From the human T2T-CHM13v2.0 reference genome, Homo sapiens, in the NCBI RefSeq assembly GCF_009914755.1, contig NC_060930.1: DNA of 64,000 bases. One strand, 5' to 3'. The notes below the pieces were generated by a model. It was given only the letters and a program-made list of their open reading frames with translations, was not told the DNA's origin and searched no databases. Position 1 is the first letter of the stretch. Each line of letters starts with the position of its first letter. The translations under genes were made by a program, and so were the position numbers. Positions 23,573 through 35,740 of the stretch are shown in pieces.

Positions 23573-26499
23573 CTGCCTTTTGTCTAGGGTATATATTTGC
23601 TTTGCAAAAGTTGCTTTTGCTGTGGAAACACAACATACACTTAGCTTTAGCTCAAGAATTTACTATTCCCTTTATGTCTTAAGGCTTTTGTTTAATACAT
23701 GAGCTGACTTATCCTAGTTTCCTGTTTATGTAAAGTATGCTTCTGATGAAAATATACACTACTAGAAACTTATAAAGGGTTGCTGTTTTATTAGTTTAAT
23801 AACATTGTTAAAATTTACTGATGTGTCATTGAGAAAAAACAACTTCAAGTGAGGACAACACACACACACACACACACATCTTTAACTGATTTTTTTCTTC
23901 GAGAGTATATTGTACTTAGCACACTATATACTTAGTGCATGGAATATAAACATCACTTTGCTTATTTTTATTGTTGGCAAAAGATACAATATCTGTTTTA
24001 CACAATTAAAAGACCTTGAAATTATGCATGATTTTTATTACTACTGGGATTTCCATGTTGGATCAAAGGTCATCATTCTAATCGTCTCAGGCTCCCTTTT
24101 TTTCTTCTAATTGATCATTGCAGTGCCCATCTGTCTGTGGCTCACGGTATAACCTTTTTTGATAGGGGCAGGGTGGCAGATGGACAGCAGATGGGAGTTT
24201 TGCCCTGCCTCGTGGTTCAGATCTTGGCCCAGGCACGAACTGTCAGAGACTGTCAGTTTGTCGTCTCGGCTTGTGGGCTCCAGTGCTGTGTTTGGCACCT
24301 CAGCCATGGGTCTGAATTGATGCCAAGCTGGACCAGCTATTTGTCATTGTGACTAGTTAATGACCAACATTAAGGGTGGGAGCACCTAGTGAGTGTGTAA
24401 GATAACCTAGTAGAATTGTGCTTTCTACTGTGAGCTGGATCCCCAGGACCCGAGAGTCAGCTCATTCTCGGGATAGAAGTTACAGAATTAGAAACATGTA
24501 GGTGTCTTATAGGTATTTACCCACTTTAAAAAGAACACAATTTCCCCAAAGATTTCCTTTCTATACAAAACCACATGAGGACATGAGTGAAAAGTAGAGG
24601 TAGATAGACAGTGGCTTGTGTTTTTGTCTAATTGTTGGACAGTTGTCATCTTCTGGAATTCCTAGGGGTACTGCATGATTGAAACTTTGACTATTGATAA
24701 CATTTTGAATGCAATAACTGTGACTGCTTCTGCCATCACATTAAAAGACAGTTCCTAAGATTGCTAGTCTTTTCAAAAGGAAAGAAGAAAGCCTTTAAAA
24801 AAATTTATTCTGAACTATCAGCACACTCTTTTTTTTTTTTAATGTGTGCATGAATTTACTGCTTTACAAGTGACTCTTTTCATTTCAATAGAAACCATAT
24901 TGAAGTAGACAGACGAGGCTGGGTGAAGTCTCCTAATGGAGGGTAAACCTTGGCAGTGACCATGAATAAAAGGCAATAATGAGTCAGAGTGGATGCTGAG
25001 TTCTGTGCTTTTCCTTATTTATTTAATTTCTTTAGACTTAGAGCTCCACGGAGATCATATCGTGCCATTCTTTAGCTGAGCTGAATCCCAATTTTGATGA
25101 ATGACACGAGAGTTTATATAATGAACATGTGCCCACAGATCTCTAAATAAATGTCCACAATAAGTATGGAAAACTGTCCCACTGTCTCTACCAGGGCCAT
25201 CAGTAACTTCTCACCCAGTTGTGGAGATCTTTAGAATACTCCATTTCTTTCCTGTCCTCTGAACTAAATCAAAATATTATGTCCTGATGGTTAATAGTAT
25301 CTCTGTTCATACAATAGGTACATGATGACATTATTAGACAGTTTATTAATATGAATTGTCCACATTTGAATATTTTCTTGTATTCTGGGAGTCAGAGGTT
25401 GCTCCTACATATTTGTAATGAATTATGCTGCTCCAAATTATATGAACAACATTGGATTGTTATGCTCAAATAAATTATGTTTTCATTCACTCCAGATATT
25501 CTCTCAATTTGATTTAGATATCTGCAGTGTTGACCACCACAAGGCACTTTAAAATCTACATTATAACAGATGGCTAGACAATCGTTTACTTAAACCTTGA
25601 GTAACCCCCGTATTATAAAATAAATATACATTTTATTCCATATTCCATCAGATATTCTTTTATCTCTTCAATTTTCTTCTTTCATAATTGAATATATTTA
25701 AAAATTGTAAAACTGTGCTTATATCCTCAGGTAAGATAGTGTGTGTATGCATTTGTCTGCTTATCTTTGTAATTATTGTTCAATTTATATATCTGACAGG
25801 TGACCAAGGTGCTTGTATTTTGGAATCTTGGCATTGTATCTGTGGCTTCCTTGAGACCAACTCATTTATTCTTTCCTTTTAAAGGAATCTTGAAATAGAA
25901 AAAAAAAAATCTTATTACAGTGCTACTCAGGATGGCCTAAAGGACTGTGTTATACCCCGGCTAGCTATTAATGTACTTTAACTTGGATCTTGCTAACATG
26001 ATTTCAGGTGAGGTGTGGACAGGATCTAATTAGTTATAAATCTGTAAATGCTTGAACAGAGGCTAGCTTGATATTCTCCATCTGACTGATGCTGCTGTAA
26101 TACTCTAATCCCAGAAAGCTGTCTAAAATGAATTTCCATTAGCCATGGAGTTAAGGGAAAGTCATGAACTTGAGGAAATTAAGCAATGTCTGTGACTTAG
26201 CCAGTTAGATAGAAGCTTTGCTTTGCCAGTACGCTATCTGCTTCCCCCTAGTCTTGTTCTTGCTTTGGGATGGCAGTTCTTAAATTACAACCACCATGAG
26301 CTGTTCTACAGAAATGTTTAAGCTATCTAACACCGAACGTCTTCTATAAATAGCTAATTTCTTGTGTTTAATCATCCTTTAGGTTATATAGTACTTATGG
26401 ATTACAAAGTGTTTCACTCCTGCTTTGTCTGATTTTTTAAACCCCCCATTAGGCAAGCAAAGAAGAAACCTACATAACCAAGAAAACAAATCAAAGTTC

Positions 26500-26750
26500 A
26501 GCATCCAGCTATATTAATTATTGCCTTTTATTCATAGTCATTGCTATTGGATATAGAACGGCAAACAAGAAAAAAAGTCTTCACCTTCAAGAAGCTTACA
26601 TTCTGATAAGGCCGGCAGTAAATAGAAAAGCAAATACTAGAACATCAGATCTAAAGAAGTGCTATGACAAAGACTAAGGCTAACGTGTCAGAAAATGAGG
26701 GAGAGGGAGGTGAAATTTTATGTAGGGTGGTCATAGAGAGCCCATCTCTA
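26500..26750 (-). mobile_element. L2 remnant
   Basis: ggatatagaacggcaaacaag...gtcttcaccttcaagaagcttacattct...aagtgctatg. Confidence 0.6.
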
Positions 26751-26868
26751 ATTGTGTGTGTGTGTGTGTGTATTTACAGATTGACAGGTTGTGAATCGCA
26801 CAAATCTTAAGCACGCACACACACACACATTGATATAACCTGTACCTCCGTCAATATATAGAACATTT

Positions 26869-27141
26869 TTTCTTTTCTTTCTTTCTTTTTTTTTTTTTTT
26901 GAGACAGGGTCTCACTCTGTCACCCAGGCTGGTATGCAGTTACATAATCGTGGCTCACTGTAGCCTCGACCTCTCACCTCAGCCTCCTGAGTGCCACCAC
27001 AGCTGGCTAATTTTTGTATTTTTTTGTGGAGACAGGATCTCCCCATGTTGTCTAGGCTGGTCTTAAACTGGGCTCAATCGATCCTCCTGCCTTAGCCTCC
27101 CACAGTGTTGGGATTACAGGCGTGCACCACTGTGCCCAGCC
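26869..27141 (-). mobile_element. Alu (J-like) with internal deletions
   Basis: TSD tat(a/g)tagaacattt at 26855-26868 and 27142-27155. Confidence 0.9.
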
Positions 27142-27156
27142 TATGTAGAACATTTC

Positions 27157-27202
27157 TATAAAATATAAAGATTATAAAATATAAAGGTTATAAAATATAA
27201 AG
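27157..27202. repeat. 16-bp-period tandem repeat, 3 copies (tataaaatataaag plus 2 nt)
   Basis: Units start at 27157, 27173 and 27189. Confidence 0.9.
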
Positions 27203-27945
27203 CTTGCTCCTGCACTTTTCTCCCCCATTGCCCCCAAGGGGCACACTGTTCTGATTCTTTCTTCATAGATGACTTTTGCCTGTTCTGGAATCACACAATA
27301 TGCACTCTGTTGTGGATGGATTCTTTTGCTCCTCTTAAGATTTTTGGTGTGTACCTATGTTATTGCTCCATTGGGATCGTTTCTTTTTATTGTGTTCTGT
27401 TGTCTGGATATACCACAATTTGTTTATCCATTCACCTGCTGAAGAACATTTGGATGTTTTCGGTGTTTGTCCATTGTAAATAAAGTTGTTAGGAACCTTT
27501 TTATACCACATTTTTTATGCGTATGTACTTACATTTCTTTGGGGTAAATACCAAAGGGTAGATGGTTAACTTTAAAAGAAAGTTCCATACTGGTTACTAA
27601 AGAGGTTGTACCATTTTACGCTCCCACCAGCAATGTAGGAGAGTTCTGTTTTTTCATATCCTCTTTGACATTTGGCATCATCAGTCTGTTAAATTTTAGC
27701 CATGTGAGTGGGCGTAGGGTGATTTCTCATGTGGTTTTGATTTGCATTTCCATAATGACTAATGATGGTGAACATTATTTCATGTGCTTTTTGGTTATTC
27801 ATATATATTTCTTTGTGAAGTGCCTATTCATGTCTTTTGCCCATATTATAAATTGCATTGTCTTTTTATTATTGAGTTGTAGGAGTTAGAAGTCCTTTGT
27901 CAGATATATATATTGTGAATATTTTCTCCTAGTTGGTAGCATTAA

Positions 27946-28272
<327 letters not shown>

Positions 28273-28597
28273 TCCTTATGGTGTCTTTCAAAGATCAAAC
28301 ATTTTAATTTTGATGAAATCCATTTGTATATTTTTTCTGTTATTTTAAATGTTTTCTTATGCTAAGATGTTCGTCTTTCCCAAGATCGTAAAGATACTCT
28401 TCTATGTTTTCCTTCAGAAGGCTTATAGTCTTATGTTTATGTTAAGATCTATAATCTAGGATACAGTTTTGTATATGATCTGAGATATGGGGTATTTCCC
28501 CAAATAAATAGCCAGTTGTTTCAGTATAACTGGTTGAAAAGAGATTTTCCTTTATCTATTGAAGTACTTTGGGGCCTTGGTTGAAAAATCAAGATTT

Positions 28598-29370
28598 GGG
28601 GCATCCAATTAGGATGTAGAAAGCTGAAAAAAGAATATTTCCACCCTTACAAGAACAACAAAATAGCAGAAAATTTGCAAATACATGCTGTTCTTGAACC
28701 TATGAGAGAGCCGAGGTCTCAGGGAAACCAGCTACAACTTAAAATTCAAGGAGGGACAAGTGTCTCTCAGGAGAGATGAGGGGCTAGCCCTTGCATACCT
28801 GGAGCAGATGCCTAGGATACTGGTAAGAAGAATTCCACTAAAATGTTTAACAAGTTGATAAAGGCCAATATTAAGCTAGTTAGAGCAACTAAAACCCCTG
28901 GGGACTGCAGACACAGGGAGATTTGCACTCCTTGGCAGGTTCTTCTTCACTGATGTGCAGGATATGCATAAAAAGGATAGGGCAAGAGTCCAAAAAAAAA
29001 AATTTCCCTCATGCAGGCCTGAGAGGGTGTTCAGGGGAGGGCATGAAGACCCACCTGTATCGCTTTCCCCTCTCTCTCCTACGGAACAAAAGCCTTAAAC
29101 TTCATGGGGAAGAGCAACAAACCCTGTTGTCCTTAGGGAACTGGGGAAAACTTACTGCAGCTGAAGGGAGGTACAGAAAAATCTCTCTTCCCCTGGGATG
29201 AGGCAGGAATACATCTTAGGCCCAGACCTATAGATGGGGGAGGAGCAGGAACCAAAGGATAGCCCTACCTTCAAGACCCAGGACTCACTGTCTGCCCAGT
29301 TAATCATTGCAACAGAGAACGTCTCCCATCCCCATCACCTGGCCGACAAGTGACAAGTGGCTATACCAGG
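28598..29370 (+). mobile_element. Probable 5'-UTR remnant of an old L1M element
   Basis: GC-richer, purine-rich block (aggatgtagaaagctg...ttcttgaacctatgagagagccgaggtctcagggaaacc) resembling L1M4/L1MD 5' ends. Confidence 0.5.
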
Positions 29371-29379
29371 ATGATCCCC

Positions 29380-29510
29380 AGGTTGCAAATGGAAAACTAA
29401 GAACAGGGAATTAAATGGGTTGCCCAAAGTCTCACAGCCGGTAAATGGAAAAACAGATTTGAACCCAGATAGTCTGGTGCCAAAGTCCCCATAACCACCA
29501 TGCAGTATTG
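29380..29510 (-). mobile_element. MIR
   Basis: gttgcccaaagtctcacagccggtaaatgg...atttgaacccagatagtctggtgccaaagtcc. Confidence 0.75.
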
Positions 29511-29559
29511 CAGAGGCAAGAGAATGGGGACTTGGAGGGAATGAGGCAAATCAGAAGAG

Positions 29560-29900
29560 TGACTCTCCTGGAACGGACAGAAGTGGCCAACAGAGCATGT
29601 GGTTTTAGGAAAGAGGATGCAATTGACAAGACCAAATTTAACAGAGCTGTTGAAACAGGTGAGAAATGAAAAGTGTCCATTGGATTTAGCAATGTAGAAG
29701 ATTTTGTTTAACTTTTAACAGTAAGCCGTTTTACTATAATTGTGAAGATTCAAACCAGAATTCACTGGATTCAGAAATGAATATAGAGTGATGAAGATGA
29801 GTTAGTAAAAATAGCCCACTTTCACCAAAAGTTTGGAGAGGACGAGGAGTTGGAGCACAGGTATGGAGTGACATGCAAAGAGGAGTGGTTTTTAAAGATA
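29560..29900 (-). mobile_element. L2 remnant
   Basis: gagaaatgaaaagtgtccattggatttagcaatgtagaag. Confidence 0.65.
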
Positions 29901-29906
29901 AAAGTG

Positions 29907-30324
<418 letters not shown>

Positions 30325-32769
30325 TTATAAAATAGGCATAAAGAGGTTTGTTGATTTATCTGGGGTATGTTTTGTGGCAGTTTTCTGAGTGTACAAACAC
30401 CCTTACTTTTTTTTAGCTTCTTGTAGTATTATTTTAAGTGATATATAATTTGCTCAATTTCAGTATATTCCTTATGTGAGCTAAGTTTTTATCCAAACTT
30501 AAATACATATGTGAATTTCACATACCTCTTGTGTAAATTTTTTTTGAGTAGGAAAAAGTTGTTTCATCTTTGCTGCTGTGTGTTGATATGCATTCTGTCA
30601 GAATACAGCTTTTTGGTAATGCTGCAATAAACTGTCACTCTAATGTGGTAACATGTAATAGATACAATAACTCAATCATTCCATATTACTTGACATAATA
30701 AAAAAAATGGCTTGAAAAACACAGCCTAAAGAACAAGGTTGAAACTCTAGTTAGCACAGGTGTTAGGCTTTCTACTGTTGTAGTCAATACTTTCGGAGCT
30801 GATACCTTTGGAGGCAAGGACTGTGAAAACGTTCATGTCTTTATCACCATTGCCTAGAATGGTGGATGCCTGAAAATGTCAGAGGTATGGGAAAAGAGGA
30901 TACATTTATTTAGGTTTATTATCAATATTTTAAAGCATATGGCTATTTTAAATGATTTAATCCCGTGTTTGACAAATAGTAGAACCTCCAGAAGCCCTGG
31001 AATTTCAACTACCTCCATGAAGTTTCAGCTGACTTTAGAGATTTAGTTTGATGGCCAATTACTGTGGGCAACCTAAAAGGCGTTGCACCTGGCAGAAGCA
31101 CTGGACACATCCTTTCCTTATGCTTCTAAACCTTGAGATGATATCATCAGGTCCAGTTCCATAGTATCCATCTTATTCTCAATATTCACTCTCTCCACTG
31201 ATACAAGTGTAGCACATCTGTTAATTTTTTAAAATGCATTAGTTTTTACTTCAAACATGAGATGGTTTTGTTTACACCAGTATCTCAACTATTAACACGT
31301 ATTAAGGAAAAAATTAAAAGTTTACCTTTGGAAATTGAATTGACATTGGGAACTTTAGGTTAACTATCACAGTGGGTCACAGGAAAGAATCTGGCCAAAT
31401 TTGTCAACCATATTTGGCCTAGTTTTCTGCATATGTTTGCCAGGTGCAACAGCCAGCTTATTGCTGGAGGGCACAAAAATCTGGAGGAAAGGCTTGGCAC
31501 TTGTGCTGTTTAACCCATTGAGGGGTCTTATTTTTGCTGAGATTTTGCCTACAGAGATCTGATTATACAATAGCGTATGAATGGGAAAGTGAGGCTTCTC
31601 TTTGCCTTCCGTAAACGAGAGATTTATAGAATGCACCTGTCAAGCATTTTTGGGAACACAGTCGCAAAAAAAAAAAGAAGATTAAAAATGTTATCTGTAT
31701 TGGGAAGAATACAGTTCTAGGTGTGAATGGTCAGGCAAATGGGCCAATTAACAAACATGTACTCTTTATTAGGGGGCTCTCAATTTCCCGGAAAGTTATC
31801 ACTTAAAATGGGAAGCATGAATATATATATATTTTTATAAAGTTAGCCTGATATGTAAAAGAATTTCAGAATTTTTGACAAATCATATAATTAGAGGTTA
31901 TATATTTATAGCTGATTCAAATCCCAAAATGAATAGAGATGTCAAAGCCTTGAGCATATTGAACGTTTACACATGAATAAGCAAGATGGCAGAAACTGTT
32001 TTCAAGCAGACCTATTTTTTTGCCTTTGTATGTTTTTGGTGGTTCTTCAACTTGCAATTTCCATATAATATTTTTTCATGTTTACATTAGCATGTAATTA
32101 GCATACATATAATTCCATAGTGGGATATGTAAATGCTCCCCACTCCCCAAATAGGTCAAATGGCTGTGAATTTTTATTTTGTTTAATACTATACTTCTAG
32201 ACTATTTGTTATTTAGACAGTAATTGTATTTTCTTTCTTTTTAATTATTAGTTTGAGTCATGTGGCAGCTTATTAAGTCCCATTTTTAAGTCAAAGACAT
32301 TAATGTTTCAGGACAGGTGTTTGAGTTTCAGAATTTGGAGGAATAGAATTGAACACATTTATATTACTTTTCCCTTTCACCACACTTAGTATTTGAAGAC
32401 TACAGTCACTCTTTAACTATCAAATTTTTTTCCATTATTTTCATAAAACCTTCATACAACCAGGCACCTAAATACTATCTCAAAGTCATAACTTACTTCT
32501 GGAGGTAGTCTCTCTGTAACTCTTCTCAGATCACTGGGAAATATCTGGGAAATGTTTGAGGAAAATATTTTAATGAAGTTTACCAAATTTATTTTTAATG
32601 CTCTGTGTGTGTATATACGTGTTGAGTGAAAAAGAGACACACACTATAGAGAATGTATTTCAATGATTAAAACACGCAGAGAATAAACCAGTTGAAGTAT
32701 CATTTATTTGGACATCTTATCTTTCACCTAATACAGATGTATGAGGATTATGAGTAAAGTTATACATCT

Positions 32770-32881
32770 TTATATATATGTGTGTATATATATGTATGTA
32801 TGTATATATATGTATATTTATATATGTAAGTATATGCATATATATTTATATCCAAAGACCTCTGACACAGGTGCGTGCATG

Positions 32882-32922
<41 letters not shown>
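32770..32922. repeat. TA/TG low-complexity tract and (AC)19 microsatellite
   Basis: (AC)19 at 32885-32922, with a TATG-type tract upstream. Confidence 0.9.
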
Positions 32923-32924
<2 letters not shown>

Positions 32925-32934
32925 CTTTGCATTT

Positions 32935-33220
32935 CTTTTTCTTTTTTTTTTTGAGATGGATTCTCACTCGGTCGCCCAGTCTGGAGTGCAGTGGTGCAAT
33001 CTCAGCTCACTGCAACCTCCACCTCCTGGGTTCAAGTGATTCTCTTGCCTCAGCGGACTACAGGCGCCTGCCACCATGCCTGGATAATTTTTGTATTTTT
33101 AGTAGAGAAGAGGTTTCACCACGTTCGCCAGGCTGGTCTCTAACTCCTGACCTCAAGTGATCTGCCCGCCGTGGCCTCCCAAAGTGCTGAGATTACAGGC
33201 GTGAGCCACTGTGCCCAGCC
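32935..33220 (-). mobile_element. Alu (S-like) with a small internal deletion
   Basis: Antisense dimer; TSD tgcattt. Confidence 0.92.
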
Positions 33221-33629
33221 TGCATTTTGTTTCTGGTTAGCTCAGGTCAGTGAGTCATTACTGCTGGGTACAGATGTGAAGTGTAGATGATTTCTCTAAC
33301 ACTGCTGTGGGAACAAGTGGGGCTAACTGTGGCTGCTCCAGAGAGGTACAGTTTTTAGGGCACTGAGATTGTTGAAAAAGAAAATGACCAGTGATACATG
33401 TGTAGGTAGCTGGAGTGGGTGGCCCTCATCACTTCCATGTCACTATATACCCTGTATTTCTATCTTTCCCTTGGTAATTTGCAGATTTATTGAGACAAAT
33501 ATTTTCAACTAAGTAATTCTTCACATCCTAACATGTATAGTGAAATTCCTACTTGTAGAGTTACTGTGTAAACTTAGTAACCATTGGAAGCATGGAAAAA
33601 ATTGATTTGGAAACCCTGAAAGCCCTATG

Positions 33630-33822
33630 ATAATAAAAATCATACAGCACTGAACTTGCCTAGGTGTATTATAATTACATTTGTCTGCCTCCCCCCACCC
33701 CCATACTGTGCTTTCATTAAGAGCAGGGACAAATTTTAAATTTCCAGATTTTAAATTTCACAGTTTGTTATGGCAGAAGCACACAATAAAGGATAGTTGA
33801 ATGAAGAAAATGATGAATGAAG
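33630..33822 (+). mobile_element. L2 3' end remnant
   Basis: tttgtctgcctcccc...gagcagggac...gttgaatgaagaaaatgatgaatgaa. Confidence 0.55.
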
Positions 33823-34699
33823 TTTAATGAAACATCAAGGTCTCTCTATTTTGTTATCTTTACCAAAATCATTATTTTTTTTGCTTAGGTAAGTGGCAGG
33901 AATTTATATTTATATTTCTCTTTTTTTGTATTTACTGATACTGTCAAGGAACTATGATGTTAGTAATGAAAAGAATGCTGGAATAATAATACCAATACCT
34001 GAGTTTAAATTTTGGCGTCACCTCCTCGAGCCTTCATTTCTTCATCTGTAAAATGGGCTAATAATATCTATACCATATAAGTGTTATTTCACAGTTATCT
34101 TTCTTTATTCAGGAAACTCTTGAAAATCTCCCATAATCCTAAACTGCCTAGCTAATATAGTAAGGATACAATTTTGAAACATTTCATGATGCTTTAAAAA
34201 AATAAATCCCTGTAAATCTTGCTCTGCAGGTGCCATGCTCATGGATGGGGAATTGAGAGCCACTGTTGCTTTAGGAGTAGGGCAGGGACAGCCTAGATTC
34301 TAGAACAAATGTGCCCTGGTAGCCATCAGAGAAGTTCTTATAAAAACCAGGATTTGTTGAAAATTCTAAAGCTTACATTTAAATATTAAGAAGAAACCCT
34401 GAGGATCTGAGACAGGATCTTATGTAAAGTGAGATGCAACCACATAGGAAAGCAAGATCCTTCTGGTGGATCAAAGTGATGCTTGAGGAGAGATTGAGGA
34501 TGGGGATCAAGAACAAGGTGATTAAAAACAACACAAAACACTTCGGAAGGTTGAGGAGGGATAGGCAGAGGAGGCCGTGTCTTCCTGATCCTCTGGAACC
34601 CTGGGGGAGTGCCTTTTGAGGATCTCCAAACCATCTTGGCACAGGTAGTAGAGTTGAAAAGTGGCCTGTTGAAGAAAAAGCCATTCTACTCACGTCTTT

Positions 34700-35400
34700 T
34701 CCAGGTACCTCATATCTTAAAATTGAGCCAGATGTTCTGGAGAGACAGATGATGAAGTGACCTAATAAGTAGGCATCAGCACACCTTGCAGGGTCCTGGT
34801 AGCTCTAAGCAAGGAAATCGGTGGCAGAGATTACAGGGTGCCCCTCTCCAAGCTGGAGTCACAGCTGAGTCTGAGCATCAGATAGAGCTGAGATGAGGAG
34901 TCTAGTCAGTCGGGGGAGATGGCCACAAGCAGGCATTGTTTGGTGCCTATGACCAGAGGACCATCCCAGACACTTCAGAAACAGTTACAGTGAAGTTAGA
35001 AGCCAACATCCACCAGCGACCAGGCAAGATTAGCTGTGCCTTACTCAGACTTCAGCAGCCCACCCAAGAAGGGCAGTGATGAGAGCAGATGTTCTTTTGC
35101 CACCACAGCGTTACATACGCTTCCTCTGAGGAGGTGCTAGCATGCCAGAAGGAGGGGGAAGAGAGAAAACAACCCGAAAGACTGAAAATCTGCCCCAAAT
35201 TGACCATTTTCCAGAGAACCCGAGTGATATTAAATGAACCAGCTTAAAATGTTTGTTTTGTTTTGCATTTTTATCACCAAGGGAGAATGGAGACTTGTGA
35301 GCAACATGAAGTTAGTTATGTGACGGGAAACACCATTTTTTAAAAAATTATTTTTTGCACATCTGTATTATAATGAATACATTTCCAATCAGCCACACCA
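34700..35400 (+). mobile_element. Ancient mammalian Gypsy-like LTR (MamGypLTR-like)
   Basis: ggtggcagagattacagggtgcccctctccaag...agatagagctgagatgaggagtctagtcagtc...gatggccacaagcaggca...ggtgcctatgaccagaggaccatcccagacact and a 3' ttttgcacatctg resemble the remembered MamGypLTR consensus. Boundaries are approximate. Confidence 0.55.
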
Positions 35401-35459
35401 GTGTGTCTTTCTCTCTTTTTAACTTGTGGATGTATAGTGTTCCCATTTGTAATGTATGT

Positions 35460-35680
35460 ATTTGGAGCATTTTATGGTATACAGAACGCTTTCCCATACG
35501 CCCTCTCATCTGTTCCTTACCGTAACACAATGAGGTAATGTCAATATTATTATGCTTATGTTTCAGGAAGTTGAAGATTTGTCCAGGAGCAGATAGCTGA
35601 AGAGAGAGAGAGAGAAGAGAGAACGGCTTACAGCTCAGGTCCTCTCTCCATGCTTAGGAACCACTACAAATGCTACTGCC
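35460..35680 (-). mobile_element. MIR underlying the lncRNA exon acceptor
   Basis: gctttcccatacg...ctcatctgttccttac...atgaggtaatg...attattatgcttatgtttcag...atttgtccaggagcagatagct...ctcaggtcctctctcc...aaccactac...ctactgcc is collinear with antisense MIR. Confidence 0.6.
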
Positions 35681-35740
35681 TTGAGTCTCATTTTGTTTCC
35701 CTCTGGAAACCACATGTGTACCTTGTTTGCAACAGTATGG
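35567..35740 (+). ncRNA. CASC15: Internal exon of a long non-coding RNA, probably CASC15
   Basis: Acceptor ...tatgcttatgtttcAG| ends at 35566 and donor TGG|GTATGG starts at 35741, giving a 174-nt exon with no ORF of 60 aa or more in the supplied track. The sequence (gaagttgaagatttgtccaggagcagatagctg...ggcttacagctcaggtcctc) matches my recollection of CASC15 transcript and qPCR-primer sequence. Not verified by BLAT. Confidence 0.7.

Noticed and set aside
24892-24942. Possible 51-nt cassette exon; also strong acceptors near 22073 and 44921
   Set aside because: The donors are weak or the implied exons implausibly short; not supportable without transcript data.
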